This document shows, piece after piece, positions 37,398-50,482 of a stretch of DNA of 64,000 nt (its first letter is position 1; every line of letters starts with the position of its first letter). The notes beneath the pieces were generated by a model. The model did no database searches and was not told the DNA's origin. It saw only the letters and a list, made by a program, of their open reading frames with translations. The translations under genes were made by a program, and so were the position numbers. Source of the DNA: Octopus sinensis. Lineage: Eukaryota. The stretch covers positions 147,560,001 to 147,624,000 of the forward strand of contig NC_042998.1 of the NCBI RefSeq assembly GCF_006345805.1, read 5' to 3'.

Positions 37398-37786
37398 ACA
37401 TTTACTCTTTTACTCTTTTACTTGTTTCAGTCATGTGACTGTGGCCATGCTGGAGCACCACTTTTAATCAAGCAAATCGACCCCAGGACTTATTCTTTGT
37501 AAGCCTAGTACTTATTCTATCGGTCTCTTTTGCCGAAGCGCTAAGTTATGGGGACGTAAACACACCACCATCGGTTGTCAAGCGATGTTGGGGGGACAAA
37601 CACAGGTACACACATACATATATATACATATATATGACAGGCTGCTTTCAGCTTCCGTCTACCAAATCCACTCACAAGGCCTTGGTCAGCCCAAGACACT
37701 TGCCCAAGGTGCCACGCAGTGGGACTGAACCTGGAACCATGTGGTTCGTAAGCAAGCTACTTACCACACAGCCACTCCTATGCCTA
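37398..37786 (-). mobile_element. CORE-type SINE, full length, young
   Basis: Intact A and B boxes, retained CpGs and (AGTAAAAG)n tail. Confidence 0.9.
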
Positions 37787-37789
37787 GGA

Positions 37790-38300
37790 AACTTATAGGA
37801 TGTAAAAAGTTAAACATACTACCTTCAATTTGGTGTTTGTACCTATTGTTACCTATGGTCATGAATCTTGAGTAATGACTGAAAGAATAAGATCACAAAT
37901 ACAAGCAGCAGAAATGGGTTCCTCCAAAAGTTCTTCAGAATAATGTTACTTGATAAAGTGCATAGTTCAGAGATCAGAGAGGTGCTCCAAGTAGAGCCAT
38001 TACTTCTCTGAACTGAGAGATCAGTTCTGATACAATGGACATGTGGTAAGAATGTCCTAGGAATTGCTAGACAGGTTTTATGGGAAAAACCAAATGGCAG
38101 GAAACACAGGGATAGACTGCAAACAAGATGGCTGGATAACAGCCATGAGTGCAGTTAGTCTCAGTTGGGGTTCTTGCCAGATCAATTGGAGGCAGTTGCT
38201 TCTGAGTGGACCAGATGGAAGGTGCGCTTAAGGACTCTGTCCCACAACCTCCCTAAAAATAAATGGGAGAAGAAAATGTGATAAGATGAGAGATAAAGAT
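37790..38300 (+). mobile_element. Rex3/Expander-like RTE 3' remnant
   Basis: VPIVTYGHES*VMTERIRSQIQAAEMG...EIREVLQVEPLLL...GHVVRM...TRW, with stops and frameshifts. Confidence 0.8.
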
Positions 38301-39999
38301 GGATTATAATTCCAAAAGATACAACCTTGTGGATTCTGTCTCAGAATTACATTAAGGCTACATGTGTTTATAGAATGCTCAGCCACTAAAATATTAATTC
38401 AGGAGTACATAATTCAGTTCCTCAAAGAATTGAATTTTCTTTGTCAAATGACAGGAATCCATCATCATGATCACTCCATCACTTACATTCATGAATCACT
38501 ACTGCAACAATCAATGTTCAACTCATTCTAATAAAAGTGTCTTTCAACACAATAAGTCTATGAAAAGATTTTCTCTTAGACAAAAGACTACAGCATCATG
38601 CCTTTCAACAGTGTATATATATTTACTATGATACATAGATGGTGATTTTAATTTAATGCCATTTCAATTGTGTATACTAAATTTTGTACAGCATGTCAAA
38701 CTTACTGCAAAATCAGTGAATGTATTATTTCCTTTATATTAAAGCACAAATTCCATCTTAGCAAGTAGCAATAAAGTGCATAGCAATGATAAATCTCAAG
38801 TAGGGCAAAACATACCTGTCGTTCTTATGAGTCATTGCCGGGACGATCTCCATCTCGCTCTGATATACAACGTGTTTTTAACACAAATCTCTGACAAAAC
38901 CACAGCATCATGCCTTTCAATGGTGTATATACATTTAGTATGATGCATCAATGACAGTTACTTTATTTAGGCAGTTTTTTTAATTAAAAAACAGGAACAT
39001 GATTAAAACTTATGTGAGATCTAATTGTTTCCCTTTCTCTTTCTTAATCCTAAAGAGCCTTTAAGGGCTCAAAGTTAGCTCCTGTTTCACATTGTAAAGC
39101 AAATGTGAGATAAATTGCTCTTTTGGTTAATAAGACAGCTATGTATTGAACAACTATGTGTGAAGCATGTGGCCTAGTAGTGAAGGTATTGGGTAGACGA
39201 TCTTAAAACATGGATTCCTGGTCTAGGCAACACAATATACCCTTGAACAAGGTACTTCTTTTCATGTTGCACCAGTCTACTCATCTGAAGAGCAGTGAAT
39301 GAGTGCTTCCGCAACCCTGTTACTTGGATGTACTGCTGGGTAGGGTGAGAGGACTAAGATGATGTCTACGTCTACCTATAGCTACACAAACACCTAAAAC
39401 AATGATGCTATCCACCACATCATATTCACTGGCACGTGACAGCTAAGCTATTTGAATAATTTCCAACAACCTCATCAACTGAAGGAATGTAGATTGAAAT
39501 GGTCTTCTCAGAAATATGAGATGCTTGCAGTAAAATAAGGATTCACGTTTTATAAAAAGTAGGTAGTTTCATGACCTACACACCTGACAAATTTTCTGAC
39601 ATCTATTATGTGAGAATATTATAGTATTATGAGAGAGAGAGAGAGAGAGAGAGCAAAATTCAGAGATAGAAAGAATGAAGTAATCCAGTAGGTATTACCC
39701 TTAACTAGGTAAAAACACTGTTATGAACGACAGAGTGGACAGGAGAAAATATTGAGGTATCTCTATCTCAAAATCTGTTATCAGCTCATCTGTTTGTATT
39801 ACCAAAACATTAGCATCCTGTGGAATATAAACCAGCTGATGAAATGTTTTGATCAGTTCAACGAGCTCATCCTATATTTTTTTTTTACCCCACTCCTGCA
39901 CTCTTTCTTTCTAATTCTAATTCATTCACAAACTCTCCCGTTTTCTCTTTCTCTTCTCTCCGTCAATGACAAAAACATTCTCAGATTTTTATTTTTCTC

Positions 40000-41900
40000 G
40001 TTTTCCTAAACTGTTTACCATTTCGTCTCTTCTCTCTTTCTAACGATATAATGTATACATCGACAACTACATAATTACTTAGTCAGGTACAAAAGCGACG
40101 CAGGCACACGTCTATACACACAATCATTTATACAAGGGGAACACCCTCTTATAAACACACACACATGTAAATACATTTAAGGAATTATATAAAATACATA
40201 TGCATCCGCTTACTACACACACACTCCCAGTACATTTAAGATTTTATAAGTAGCAACATGCACATAAGGTCGAAATTTAAAAAAATGAAAGGAAGGGGAA
40301 GGAGTTGAAACCCTAACAGATAAACAAGGTTGAAAAGGTAAAAGAAGAATGATGTGAAGAATGTCGAGTAGGGGGTCGGTGAGGTAGCATCGCTGGTTCT
40401 GGAGATGGTGGTCGTGTTTACAGAGTAGTAACAGCAGCGGCATTGACCGTGATACAGGTTGTAATATGTATTGGAAGTGGTTAGTGGCAACGGTGGTGGT
40501 ATTCACTGGTTGTAGAAAAATTGGTAAGAACCAGCGATGGGAGGGAGAAGTGTGAAGGCGGTCGGAATTTAGGGAACAGCAACGGTGGTTTGAGGGGTGA
40601 GGTGATTTTTTTTTGAACCTGAGAGATAATTAGTTGGTGTCATTAAACATACAGAATCAGGAATCCTCGTGTCAATCATACACACACAATCAAGAATTCT
40701 CACCAATCACACACATATGCACAGAGTCAAGAATTCTCATGTCAACCACACACACACTGAAAGTACGCGCACACGCACAGTCAAGAAGAATTCTGTCAAT
40801 TACACACACACACTCATACACGTTCCTCAGGTGATGCTCACACCACCACAATTGGAACCAATAATAAAACGACACCAGATGAAGTAATGTCCTTCGTTCG
40901 CTGTTCTGGCGGCGACTGACGAGATAAACATAAATGGTGATGGTGGTAGTGATGGCGGCGGTGGTGAACACGTAAGATTTGGTGGAGGCGACTACTGTTA
41001 AATTTCGTTTATTCCTAATAAATGACTTTCTGCCGTTTCTCAGTTTGTAGTAGTAGTAGTCATCGGGGTAGTAGAAGTGGTAGTTGTAGTGTTAGAGATG
41101 TTTGCTCTATTGCCATTACAACTCTAATGGGTTAAACCTTCATTAGTGGCCGATAAACGAGAATTAATTATTATTATTATCAAGGAAAGCAATAAGATGG
41201 TAGAATCATTACTGCATTGAACAAAATGCTTAGCAGCATTTCTTCCGATTCATTACGTTCTGAGTTCAAATCCCATCGAGATCAACTGTACCGTTTATCC
41301 TTTCGAGGGTCGATAAAATAAAGTACCAACCAAATACTGAGGGTCGATGTAAACGACTTAACACCTCTCCTCAAAACTACCTAAATCACAAACCATTATT
41401 ATATTTGTCTCTTATGATGATGATGATGATGATGACGACGACAACGATGATACTGCATCAGCTTCTAGATAATGTGGTTGTTTGTTGGCTAATGTTGTAT
41501 CGGTTGATCATCGTTTGACAATTTATTGATGATTATATTGATTGTTGGTCGATACGGCTAGTGATTGATTGGCTGTTACGTGCCTGTGGTTGTTATATCA
41601 GCTGTTAAATAGTCGCTGCTGTTGATATTGTACTTTATAGTAACATCTGTTCTCTTACGTACAGTATGTTGTTATTTAACCCCAGCGTAGCTTTCACGAA
41701 ACACACCTAAGATGGAAGGAGCTCCGGTCGTGGTCACCCCCTCCTATATTCGGAGTATCCAGGTGATTATCCGATGTGTCCTTCTCTTCTTAAAACAGTA
41801 GTTGCAATTTAAGGGCAATTTGGCTGCTATTTCTAGCAAGTTGAAAGACCACATAGAATGCTCCCCTGCAGTTGGTTCGTCGCGAGATCCATTGTTGTCA
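40000..41900. promoter_or_regulatory. CpG-retaining putative divergent promoter / first-exon region
   Basis: CpG-rich relative to flanks. Minus donor GTA|GTAAGC (exon end 40214); plus donor CAC|GTAAGA (40971). Promoter function is inferred. Confidence 0.5.
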
Positions 41901-42862
41901 AAAATCAGGTGTGATGTTATTTAGGTCCGCTGTTGTTATGCTTCTAGGAATATTTTTTAACAGTGATGGTATTACATCAGTTGTTATGACTGTCTTAAAA
42001 TTGATGTGAGGTTTCCAACAAGAATTTAAAAAAACTATTATTCAGTTTGACAACTTCGTACATAACAATAAAATGGTAGAGAGCAAGATTAGTCACTCTC
42101 GACTTAACCTTTCTTTGTGAAGGTAATACTATACCAGTAATATACTAATGCCAACTCAAATGACTACAAATCTTTCCAACATATGTTAGTCTAGTATCAA
42201 GGTGAGAAAATTATTATTATACAAGTGGTAAGCTGGCAAATCGCCTACTGGACAAATTACTTGATGGAATTTCGTTCCTTTTTAGGTTCTGAATTCAAAT
42301 TCCCCCAAGGTCGACTTTACCTTTCATACTTTCAGGGTGGATAAAATAAGGGCCAGTTGAGCATTGGAGTCATCACAATCGACTAGTCTCTTCCCCTAAA
42401 ACATTTCAGGCCTTGTGCCTTTGACAGAAAGGGTTGTTGTTCAAGGCAATGAGCTGGCAGAATTGTTAGTGCGTCGGACAAAAAGCTTTTGTTCTGAGTT
42501 AAAAAGCTACCAAGGTCAACTTAGGTTGAGGATACCAGTCAAGTAGTGGGTTTGGGTGGGGGGAGGTCAATGTAATCGACTTCCCCTCTCTTCAGAATTG
42601 CTGGCTTTGTGGCAAGATTTGATACAGTTATTATCATAAGGTGACAAGCTGGCAGAATTGTTACCATATTGGACAAACTCCTAAGTAGCATTTCTTCCAG
42701 CTCTTTATATTCTGAGTTCAAATCCGACCAAGGTCAATTTTGTCTTTTATCAGTTTGGGGGTCAATAAAAAGAAAATGCACCAGTCTAGTACTGAGGGTT
42801 GATGTAATCATCATCCCCACCCCTAAATTTGCTGGCTTTGTGCCTACAGTAGAATTATTATT
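41178..42862. mobile_element. Cluster of Nin/Deu-like SINE copies: 41178-41400, 42213-42430, 42432-42545, 42545-42612 (minus), 42636-42862
   Basis: Repeated GCTGGCAGAA head, TTCTGAGTTCAAAT B box and core motifs. Further copies at 47105-47270, 58015-58245 and 62545-62760. Confidence 0.8.
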
Positions 42863-43089
42863 ATTTACTCTGAGGAAGAGAAGTAATGCATCAGTGGCAT
42901 ATAGTGGTTGTCATTGGATGTGCTGCCACACTGACCATACTACGAGTAACATTAAAATTACTTAAATTAGGCATCCAAACTGTATTCCTATTCAAAATGC
43001 GGGATCCAAAATGTAAATAATATAAACTTAATTCAATTGGGATACATATATGACACTAAAGTAAAAAACTAAAATTCAACTCTGTTGGT

Positions 43090-43412
43090 CATGAATAAGA
43101 GCTTTCCCTCTGGGATACAAGTCCGGGCAGAAAGTCACCTCACCAGCGAACACACAACCTAGGGTTGCTTTTATGGAAGACCAGCAGTTATCCGTGCATG
43201 CCAGCCTCCCCTCTCCACACTGCTGATGTTATCCAAGGGAAAGGCAAAGGCCAATACAACTTGGCACCAGTGATGTCGCAATTCATTTCTACAGCTGAGT
43301 GAACTGGAGCAATGTGAAAATAAAGTGCAGCCCGGTTCGGGAATCGAACTTACAACCTCATTATTGTAAGTTCAACACTCTAACCACTCATTAAGCCATG
43401 CGCCTTCACACA
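43090..43412 (-). mobile_element. Third tRNA-derived SINE family
   Basis: Head GGCGCATGGCTTAA..GTGGTTAG..GTTCGATTCCC; core TGCTCCAGTTCACTCAGCTG. Relatives at 39160-39420 and 63770-63895. Confidence 0.75.
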
Positions 43413-43998
43413 CTAAAGTAAACTGAATTAATAACACCCTACAAATCATAAGTATTCTAAAATAAGCCATATTTTTTTTATGTGCACACACTGAAAAATA
43501 AGAAACCATATAATTTTACTTTACTTAAATTATATGTAAGTTCTGTTCTTCTTCTTTGAGATGTAAAATGTTCAATAACCTCATCATACAATGAACCACT
43601 TTATTCATAGTTTTGAAAACAAATTAAAATCAAAGTTATATGATGATATTGTAAGAAAAAAATTCTTGTAAAAAATTAGTTTTAGTTTAGGAATCTTAAA
43701 TTAATTTAAACATATTTCTTCTCACAAAACTGGAATTTAAGACGTATAGTTATTGTAAAAGGTTATTAAAGACAATGAAGCCTTGCATTTATGGCAAACT
43801 TGAGATGTGTTTTAAATGCAGTGACATAGCTAATGTGTGTGTGTGCACCTCTTGAGGCAGCCTTTGAGTTTGCAGCACCAACCCCATAAAACAGACCCAA
43901 AAGTGCTACCTGGGGCAAAGTGTCCTCATCACCTCACTAGTCACACTATTATTTTAGATGTGTGCTGTTTCTTTATTCACACGAGTAAATGTTGCCTT

Positions 43999-45185
43999 AA
44001 GTCACAAACAGAACTAGAGAAGTTACAGCCGTGGAAGCAAGGTCTAGAATCGAAGGGCCTTAGAGTTAACCTAGCAAAAACAAAAGTTTTAGCGAGTAGG
44101 AAGGTGGACAAATCACAAATCCCTTGAAGTAGATGCCCCTGCTTGATCTGTAGAAAAGGAGTAGGTAGAAACTCCAGAAGATTTTTAAGAGGTGCAGCAA
44201 TAGGTTAATTGGGAAGATAGTTTTTGTGTGTGGCAGATGCACAGGTGCAATAAACATCAAAGATGTAAGGAAAACAGATTCCATCACATGCCGGGGAAAA
44301 AACTAGAAGTAGCTGATAGCTTCTGTTACTTAGGTGACCAAGTCAGTAGCAAGGGTGGATGTTCTGAGAGCATAGCTGCTAGAATAAGAATATCCTAGGC
44401 AAAGTTCAGAGAGCTCCTACCTCTGCTGGTAAGAAAGGGCCTCTCACTCAGAGTGAAAGGTAGACTGTATGATGCATGTGTCCTTGTTTGTCCCCTCTAT
44501 GTTTAGCCCCTTGTAGGTAATAAAGAAATATGTATGATGCATGTGTGCAAACAGCCATGCCACACTGCTGAGGACATGCATAGGCTTGAAAGAAATGAAG
44601 CTAGTATGTTCTGCTGGATGCATAATGTCAGTGTGCATACATGACAGAGTGTAAGGACCCTGAGAGAAAAGTTGGACATATGGACATAAGAAGCATCAGA
44701 TGTAGTGTGCAAGAGAGATGACTGTGCTGGTATGGTTATGTGTTGTATATGGATGAGGAAAGTTGTATGAAGAAGTGTCACACTCTAACAGTGGAGGGAA
44801 CCTGTGGAAGAGGTAGACCCAGGAAGACATGGAATAAGGTGGTGAAGCACAACCTTCGAAAGTTGGGCCTCAAAGAGGCAATGACAAGAGACCAAGAACT
44901 TTGGAGATATGCTGTGCTTGAGAAAACCCAGCAAGCCAAGTGAGATCATAGTTGTGGTGGATGCCAGTGTCACATAACTGGCCCATTTAAAAGCACTCTT
45001 CAATTGTTGAGCAATATGCTGTGCTTGTGAAGACCTGCTGAACCAAGTGGAATTGTAGTCATGGCTGATGCCAATGCCACCTAACTGGCACATACAAAGC
45101 ACTATTTGAATGTGACCGATGTTAGTGATGCCTGACTGACACCCATGCCAGTGGCACATAAAAAGAACCATTCGAGTGTGACCAA
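43999..45185 (+). mobile_element. RTE LINE, older subfamily of the 2972 element, decayed
   Basis: WKQGLESKGLRVNLAKTKV...EGTCGRGRPRKTWNKVVKH...EK with stops and frameshifts. Contains a 49-bp SINE-tail insertion. Confidence 0.9.
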
Positions 45186-48100
45186 TGACTGAGTTGACAA
45201 AAAGCCCAGCAGATTCAGTAGATGGAAACTGAAAGAAATTGTTGTGTATATATGTGAGTATATATCATCATCATTTTAATGTCCACCACCTTATCCCATG
45301 TCTTCCTGGGTCTACCTCTTCCACAGGTTCCCTCCACTGTTAGAGTGTGACACTTCATACAGCTTTCCTCATCCATACACAACACATAACCATACATGGG
45401 TCAGACAAAATTTATTGGGGCTGATTTTTCTACAGCCTTCCTCTTGCCAACGCCAACCCTTATCTGTTTCGAAGCAAGGTAATATTTTCCTATAGCCAGA
45501 CATGTCTTCACAGAATATTGGAAATGAATGACATGCATTTACAACAATCGCATGATATCACAAGGAGACACAAACATACATACATATGGACCTTATGGTT
45601 AGGAAGCTGATTTTAAACCATACAGCTACATCAGTGCCCATTATATATATATATATATATAATTAATTTTGTGCCTAAAATTACGCACACACACACACAG
45701 AGTTTTGGGCCCAAAATTACAAACTTGAGATGATCAGTCTTAAAATTTAGTAACTCTTTTTCTTTTTGTCCAGTGGTACCTATTAAATTTCCAAATGGAT
45801 TTATGTAAAATTGTTATAGAAGACAAGGCATGTCTTAGTTGGATAGTCGCATAAACTAACATCCATTTTACCTATTTGGGTGGTTTAGATACCAATGAGG
45901 ACTCGTTACACACAGAGATTCAAAGGACAATACACAGAAGTAGTTTTACATTGTCCTTCTCTCCAAGAGTAGATTTGTTTCAGAGCTGTGAACAAATGAA
46001 GCAGTCATTAATTATTCACAGCATTCAGCTGTTTGAGAGTGAAGTGTACAAACATAGGATCTCTGTTCAAAGCTAAGTAAGTCTTTGAGAGTTAAGTATT
46101 TTTGTCAAGGACAGAGTGAAGCACTGAAACAGGATATGAAAAGCCAACTCTGTGATCAGAAGTTATGATTACGGAAGTATACTCAACTAAATATCAAGTG
46201 TTCACAAACCTTCTCAGACATAAAGAAATAATAAACAAAAAATCAGCCTCTGTGTGTGTGTGATTTTGTTTTTTCTTGCTAGCAACTGATGGGAAACCAG
46301 TAAGGTGTATTTAGTTAAACGTCATCATGGTGGTATAACAACTGGACATAAACATAAGGAAAAAATAATGTTTAAATCAGTCATGGGCAAACTGCAGCTA
46401 GTGGGACTTAGTGAATGGCACCCTAAATGAAAAATTACCTTGAATTCTTCTTTTAGAAGCGTGGCTCACCTGATGATGAGCTGTATCTCATGCAGCTCAC
46501 TTCTCATAAAAGGATGCCCATGCTTAGTTTAAAACAACTGCAGTAAACAGTATAGCAATGCAAATTATGAACCAACAAAAGAGACTATGTGGTCAATCGA
46601 CCTGCTAGAAATAACAGCCAAATCTCCCTTGAGCATATCCTATCATTATCAGTAATAACAATACTGTAGATAATACAGCTCTACATGTTTCTAAAATTTT
46701 CATAAAACTCCCTCAGCTGACAAACTTTGATTTGATTAGTCTTGGAGTAAATCAACTCTGGGAGAATCAAGTACCAAGATGCAACTTTTCAACAATATCA
46801 GAACTGGATCTTATGCAAGGTTTTGCAATAGTAAAATTGACCTGTTATTCTATGAAAAACTTTAATTGAAAAGTGGACCAAAACAAATAATTGAGTTTAT
46901 GAACTCTTTGATGCTAACCATTCTGCTAGTTTAGTTGATAAATTGGTTACCTGATGAACCACTCAAAGAACAGGTGCCAAGTTTGTGTCAAACATTTTTT
47001 GAAAAGGGGTATAATCTCCATCTTGAAGGAAACTGGGCCTTTAAGATTCTTTAATGGTCCTCGGTCATTTTTTCTTTTAGTATTTATTATTGATAAAGAG
47101 TTAAAACTAAACTTGCAGAATTGTTAGCACATCAGAGAAAATATTTAGAGGCATTTCTTCTGACACTTATCAATAAATTAAATACCAGTTGAGCACTGGG
47201 GTTGATGTAATTGACTTATCCCATTAAAATCACTGGTCTTGTGCCAAAATTTGAGAACAATTATTGCTAAAGAGCATCTCTGGATATTATTTACTTGTTA
47301 TTGATAAAGAGTAACAAGAGATATACAAATTATGACAGTGAAGCCTACCAGAGTCTCATAACCGCCTCCACTGCCATTGCCACCACCATCATTTAATGAC
47401 CACTTTCCATGCTTGCATGGGTCAGATGGAATTTGTTGAGGCAGATTTGTTCAACTAAATGTGGTGCTCCAGCATGGCCGCAGTCAAAATGACTGAAACA
47501 AGTAAATGAACACACACACACATAAAATCATTCAGTTTCTATCTCCCAAATTCACCCATAAGGCTTTGGTTGGTTCAAAGCTATGGTAGAAGAGGCCCAA
47601 GGTGTCATGCAGTGTAACTGAATGCAAGACCATATGGGTGAGAAGCAAACTTTTTTAATCACACAGCCCTGCCAGTCCCTATATTTGTTACACCTCATCA
47701 AAAAGCTGATTGCTGGAACTGATGAGGTAACTGGACAAGCTAAATGTACTTTATTAAAAAGAAAACTGTCAGATGTTTGCAAAGATCAGAAAGTTGATTC
47801 CATTGAAAACCTAAATAGAGACTGAAAGATAAAGCAGGCACCAAACTCCATGAGTTTCTGAAAGATACAGTTCTCCTCATTCTATAACCAGTCTCCAATT
47901 ACAACCAATATAATCATCATCATTTAGTGTCTGCTTTCCATGCTGACATGGGTTAGACGATTTGACTAAAACTAGTGAGCTGTAGGGCTACACAGGGTTC
48001 CAATCTGATTAGGCATGGTTTCTACAGCTGGATGCCCTTCCAAACACCAACAACTCCAAGAGTGTAATGGATGCTTTTTACATGCCACTGACATTGGCCA

Positions 48101-48599
48101 TGACTATGATTTCACTTGGCTCGACGAGTCTTCTCAAAATATTAATTATAAATAATTTGAAAGATAATAAAGTGTAAATGGGACCTTTCTGGAAGGCTTT
48201 TGGTCAGAATAAACAGTGAAGAATGCATTTTGGTTCTCATTTATGGATCTGAGCCAAGGCAAGGCATATGCACTGCCAGAAATAAAAATAACAAACACTA
48301 ATGCAAGTTCGAATCTAACTTGAAACCCACTAGAAGCACTAGATTTTCAAGAACCATACAAAACAAGTCCCTCATTTCTTCTGAAGACAAAATGATAACA
48401 TTTAACTACAAAAGTACCAAAAAGTGCAACTGTAAAAAATAAATAAATTCAGTGGTTGCTTAATCTGCCACCTCATTTGGGGACACTGGGTTGCCAGAAA
48501 CAATAAGTACCTATAATGTACAGGTTTGAATTAATCAACAATAAGCCTCTACAAACCCTTTACACATCATCAAAAGAAACCAGAATCCATCCCACAGAT

Positions 48600-49700
48600 A
48601 TAAATATGATATTGAGGCACAACGAATAAGATTTTACTGTATTATAGACTTTTATAAAGTCCGTCCATAACACTTTACACCCGGGTGTAACAGTAAACAT
48701 TTATCCGTTAGAATAGTAGATTGTAAAATATCATATGTAAATAACTTTTAGGGAAACAAATGCCCGATTCGAACCGTTATCTTTCATTTAAATCGGATGA
48801 CACATTATAAAAATTACTTTATAAACAATGGACAATCTACGTGTTACTTCGATCTATGGTGAGATAAAGTTCATGGCACATATAATATTTATAAATAATG
48901 AAATACAACTAATTACTAGCTATAACATTTATATTACCTGTAGACTTCTGCTATTTCTTTAGTCTCCATCGTCAATAATTTAAACCTGGCGCCAGCAACA
49001 ATACCAAGGCCGCTTACATACTTTCTAAACAAAAACACTGACTTCTTCGCTGGTCAAAGCGAGCAAAATTATTTTTAAGCTTCATTTCATTTCTGATGTA
49101 TGTATTTTAAACTTTTTATCGTATTTCTAATTTATAGTTTAAGTTAAAAGGAGAAAGTAAGGATTATTCAAAGAAATTAAAGTTTTTATCGTCTTCCCTC
49201 ATTCCTTCAGATATCGCTTACGTAAAGGAAAGATAATCAATTCCGTTTCTGTCTTTACCTCTGGGATTTCTATCCCAACAGTAAATATACACTGATCGAA
49301 TTTATCGATTATATTCTCTATTACTTACAAAAACAAAAGTCTCAGGCTTATATAGAATAATATGACTGTAGCAATAAAGGCTGCCGAATAGTGTTAAGCT
49401 TCCTGCGAACCAAGTTTTCGACTCGATATTGATTCTTGATTTTGGTTACTTTGATTATATCATGAATAACCTTGAGAAATGTCTGGGCAATTTTTCGGTT
49501 TAGCATCCCAAAATGAAAGTAAAGATTTATTGTAAGCAATGAGCATTAAAAGATTGAAATTTGAAAAGAATATTTTTTAGTTAATGTATACTATTACACA
49601 TATTTCGTGAGTCTTGTGTGATCACTGATTGGCAGACTTTCGGAATAGCTATCTGTCCCTCATAGAGAAAACGGACAAGGAATTGGGTGGTTATTTTCTT
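48600..49700. promoter_or_regulatory. CpG-retaining putative promoter region with a candidate minus-strand first coding exon (48969-48938, METKEIAEVY)
   Basis: ACGATGG start context, donor CAG|GTAATA, extra minus donors at 49019 and 49329, CCAAT at ~49630 and DRE-like TATCGATT at ~49305. The protein is not recognised. Confidence 0.45.
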
Positions 49701-49959
49701 CTGCCAAAAATTGTTATTGTTCATAGAATAGAATGTTTTTATAATCTCTCACCTCCAATTCCATGGTCTTTTTCAGTTACCTTTTACTATTACACCCGTC
49801 TAATTTTTTTTTTTTTTTTTTGAGAAGAACTGGCTTAATAATTTATCTCTTTATATGAAGTTATAACTTTTTTAGGAAAAAAATTAACATTTATTTACAT
49901 GAAAAAATTACTGGAGAACTTTCATCTAATTCTTCCAAATCTCTGTTAAAACTGTATTG

Positions 49960-50482
49960 AAACCATTTGTGTGGAATTTCTTTTATCACAACAACTAGTT
50001 GCACACCACAAGGTTTAACAGAACCTACTGAAGCAAGCCAACACATTCACAGCATTACCACTGGCAAGTGGTAAAGCTAGGGCATTGTGAAAGCCAAGTG
50101 CCCTCATGGGCATCACCTGACACCTCAGTGGGGCAAGCTGCCAACATTGACAAGAACTTCATGGTTAGTGACCCAGTCTCTCCAAATATCTCAAATGCCA
50201 CAGGTTGGAAGTGATAGTTCACTGTCAGGTCCCAATACTTCAGAGTTTTCTTCTTTTGAGTTACAGAAGCAGTGATCCTCCTATTAACTGTAGCATCTAG
50301 GATGTGGAAGGGAGTAAAGGAATCGCAGACTGTGGCATCCCAAATGAGGCAACTACCTCTAACCCAGAGACAGAGGGTAAGACCATCTAATCTCTTTCCA
50401 TCACTTCTGGATAACCCCAACAGCTCCAGAACTGAGGGAATATTAATCTGATCCAGGGCCCACTTAATGATTAGGTTTAGCT
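49960..50482 (-). mobile_element. CRE-clade non-LTR element, restriction-like endonuclease half
   Basis: LNLIIKWALDQINIPSVLE..GLSRSDGKRLDGLTLCLWVRGSCLIWDATVCD..KY..YHFQPVAFE..G..GDAHEGTWLSQ. RPDG/WD/K..KY pattern of RLE-type elements. Confidence 0.85.

Noticed and set aside
38895-38955. Hairpin as a pre-miRNA or H/ACA snoRNA
   Set aside because: Stem is short and not preserved in the paralogous copy; no clear H or ACA box; TGAAAGGCATG differs from the miR-71 seed.
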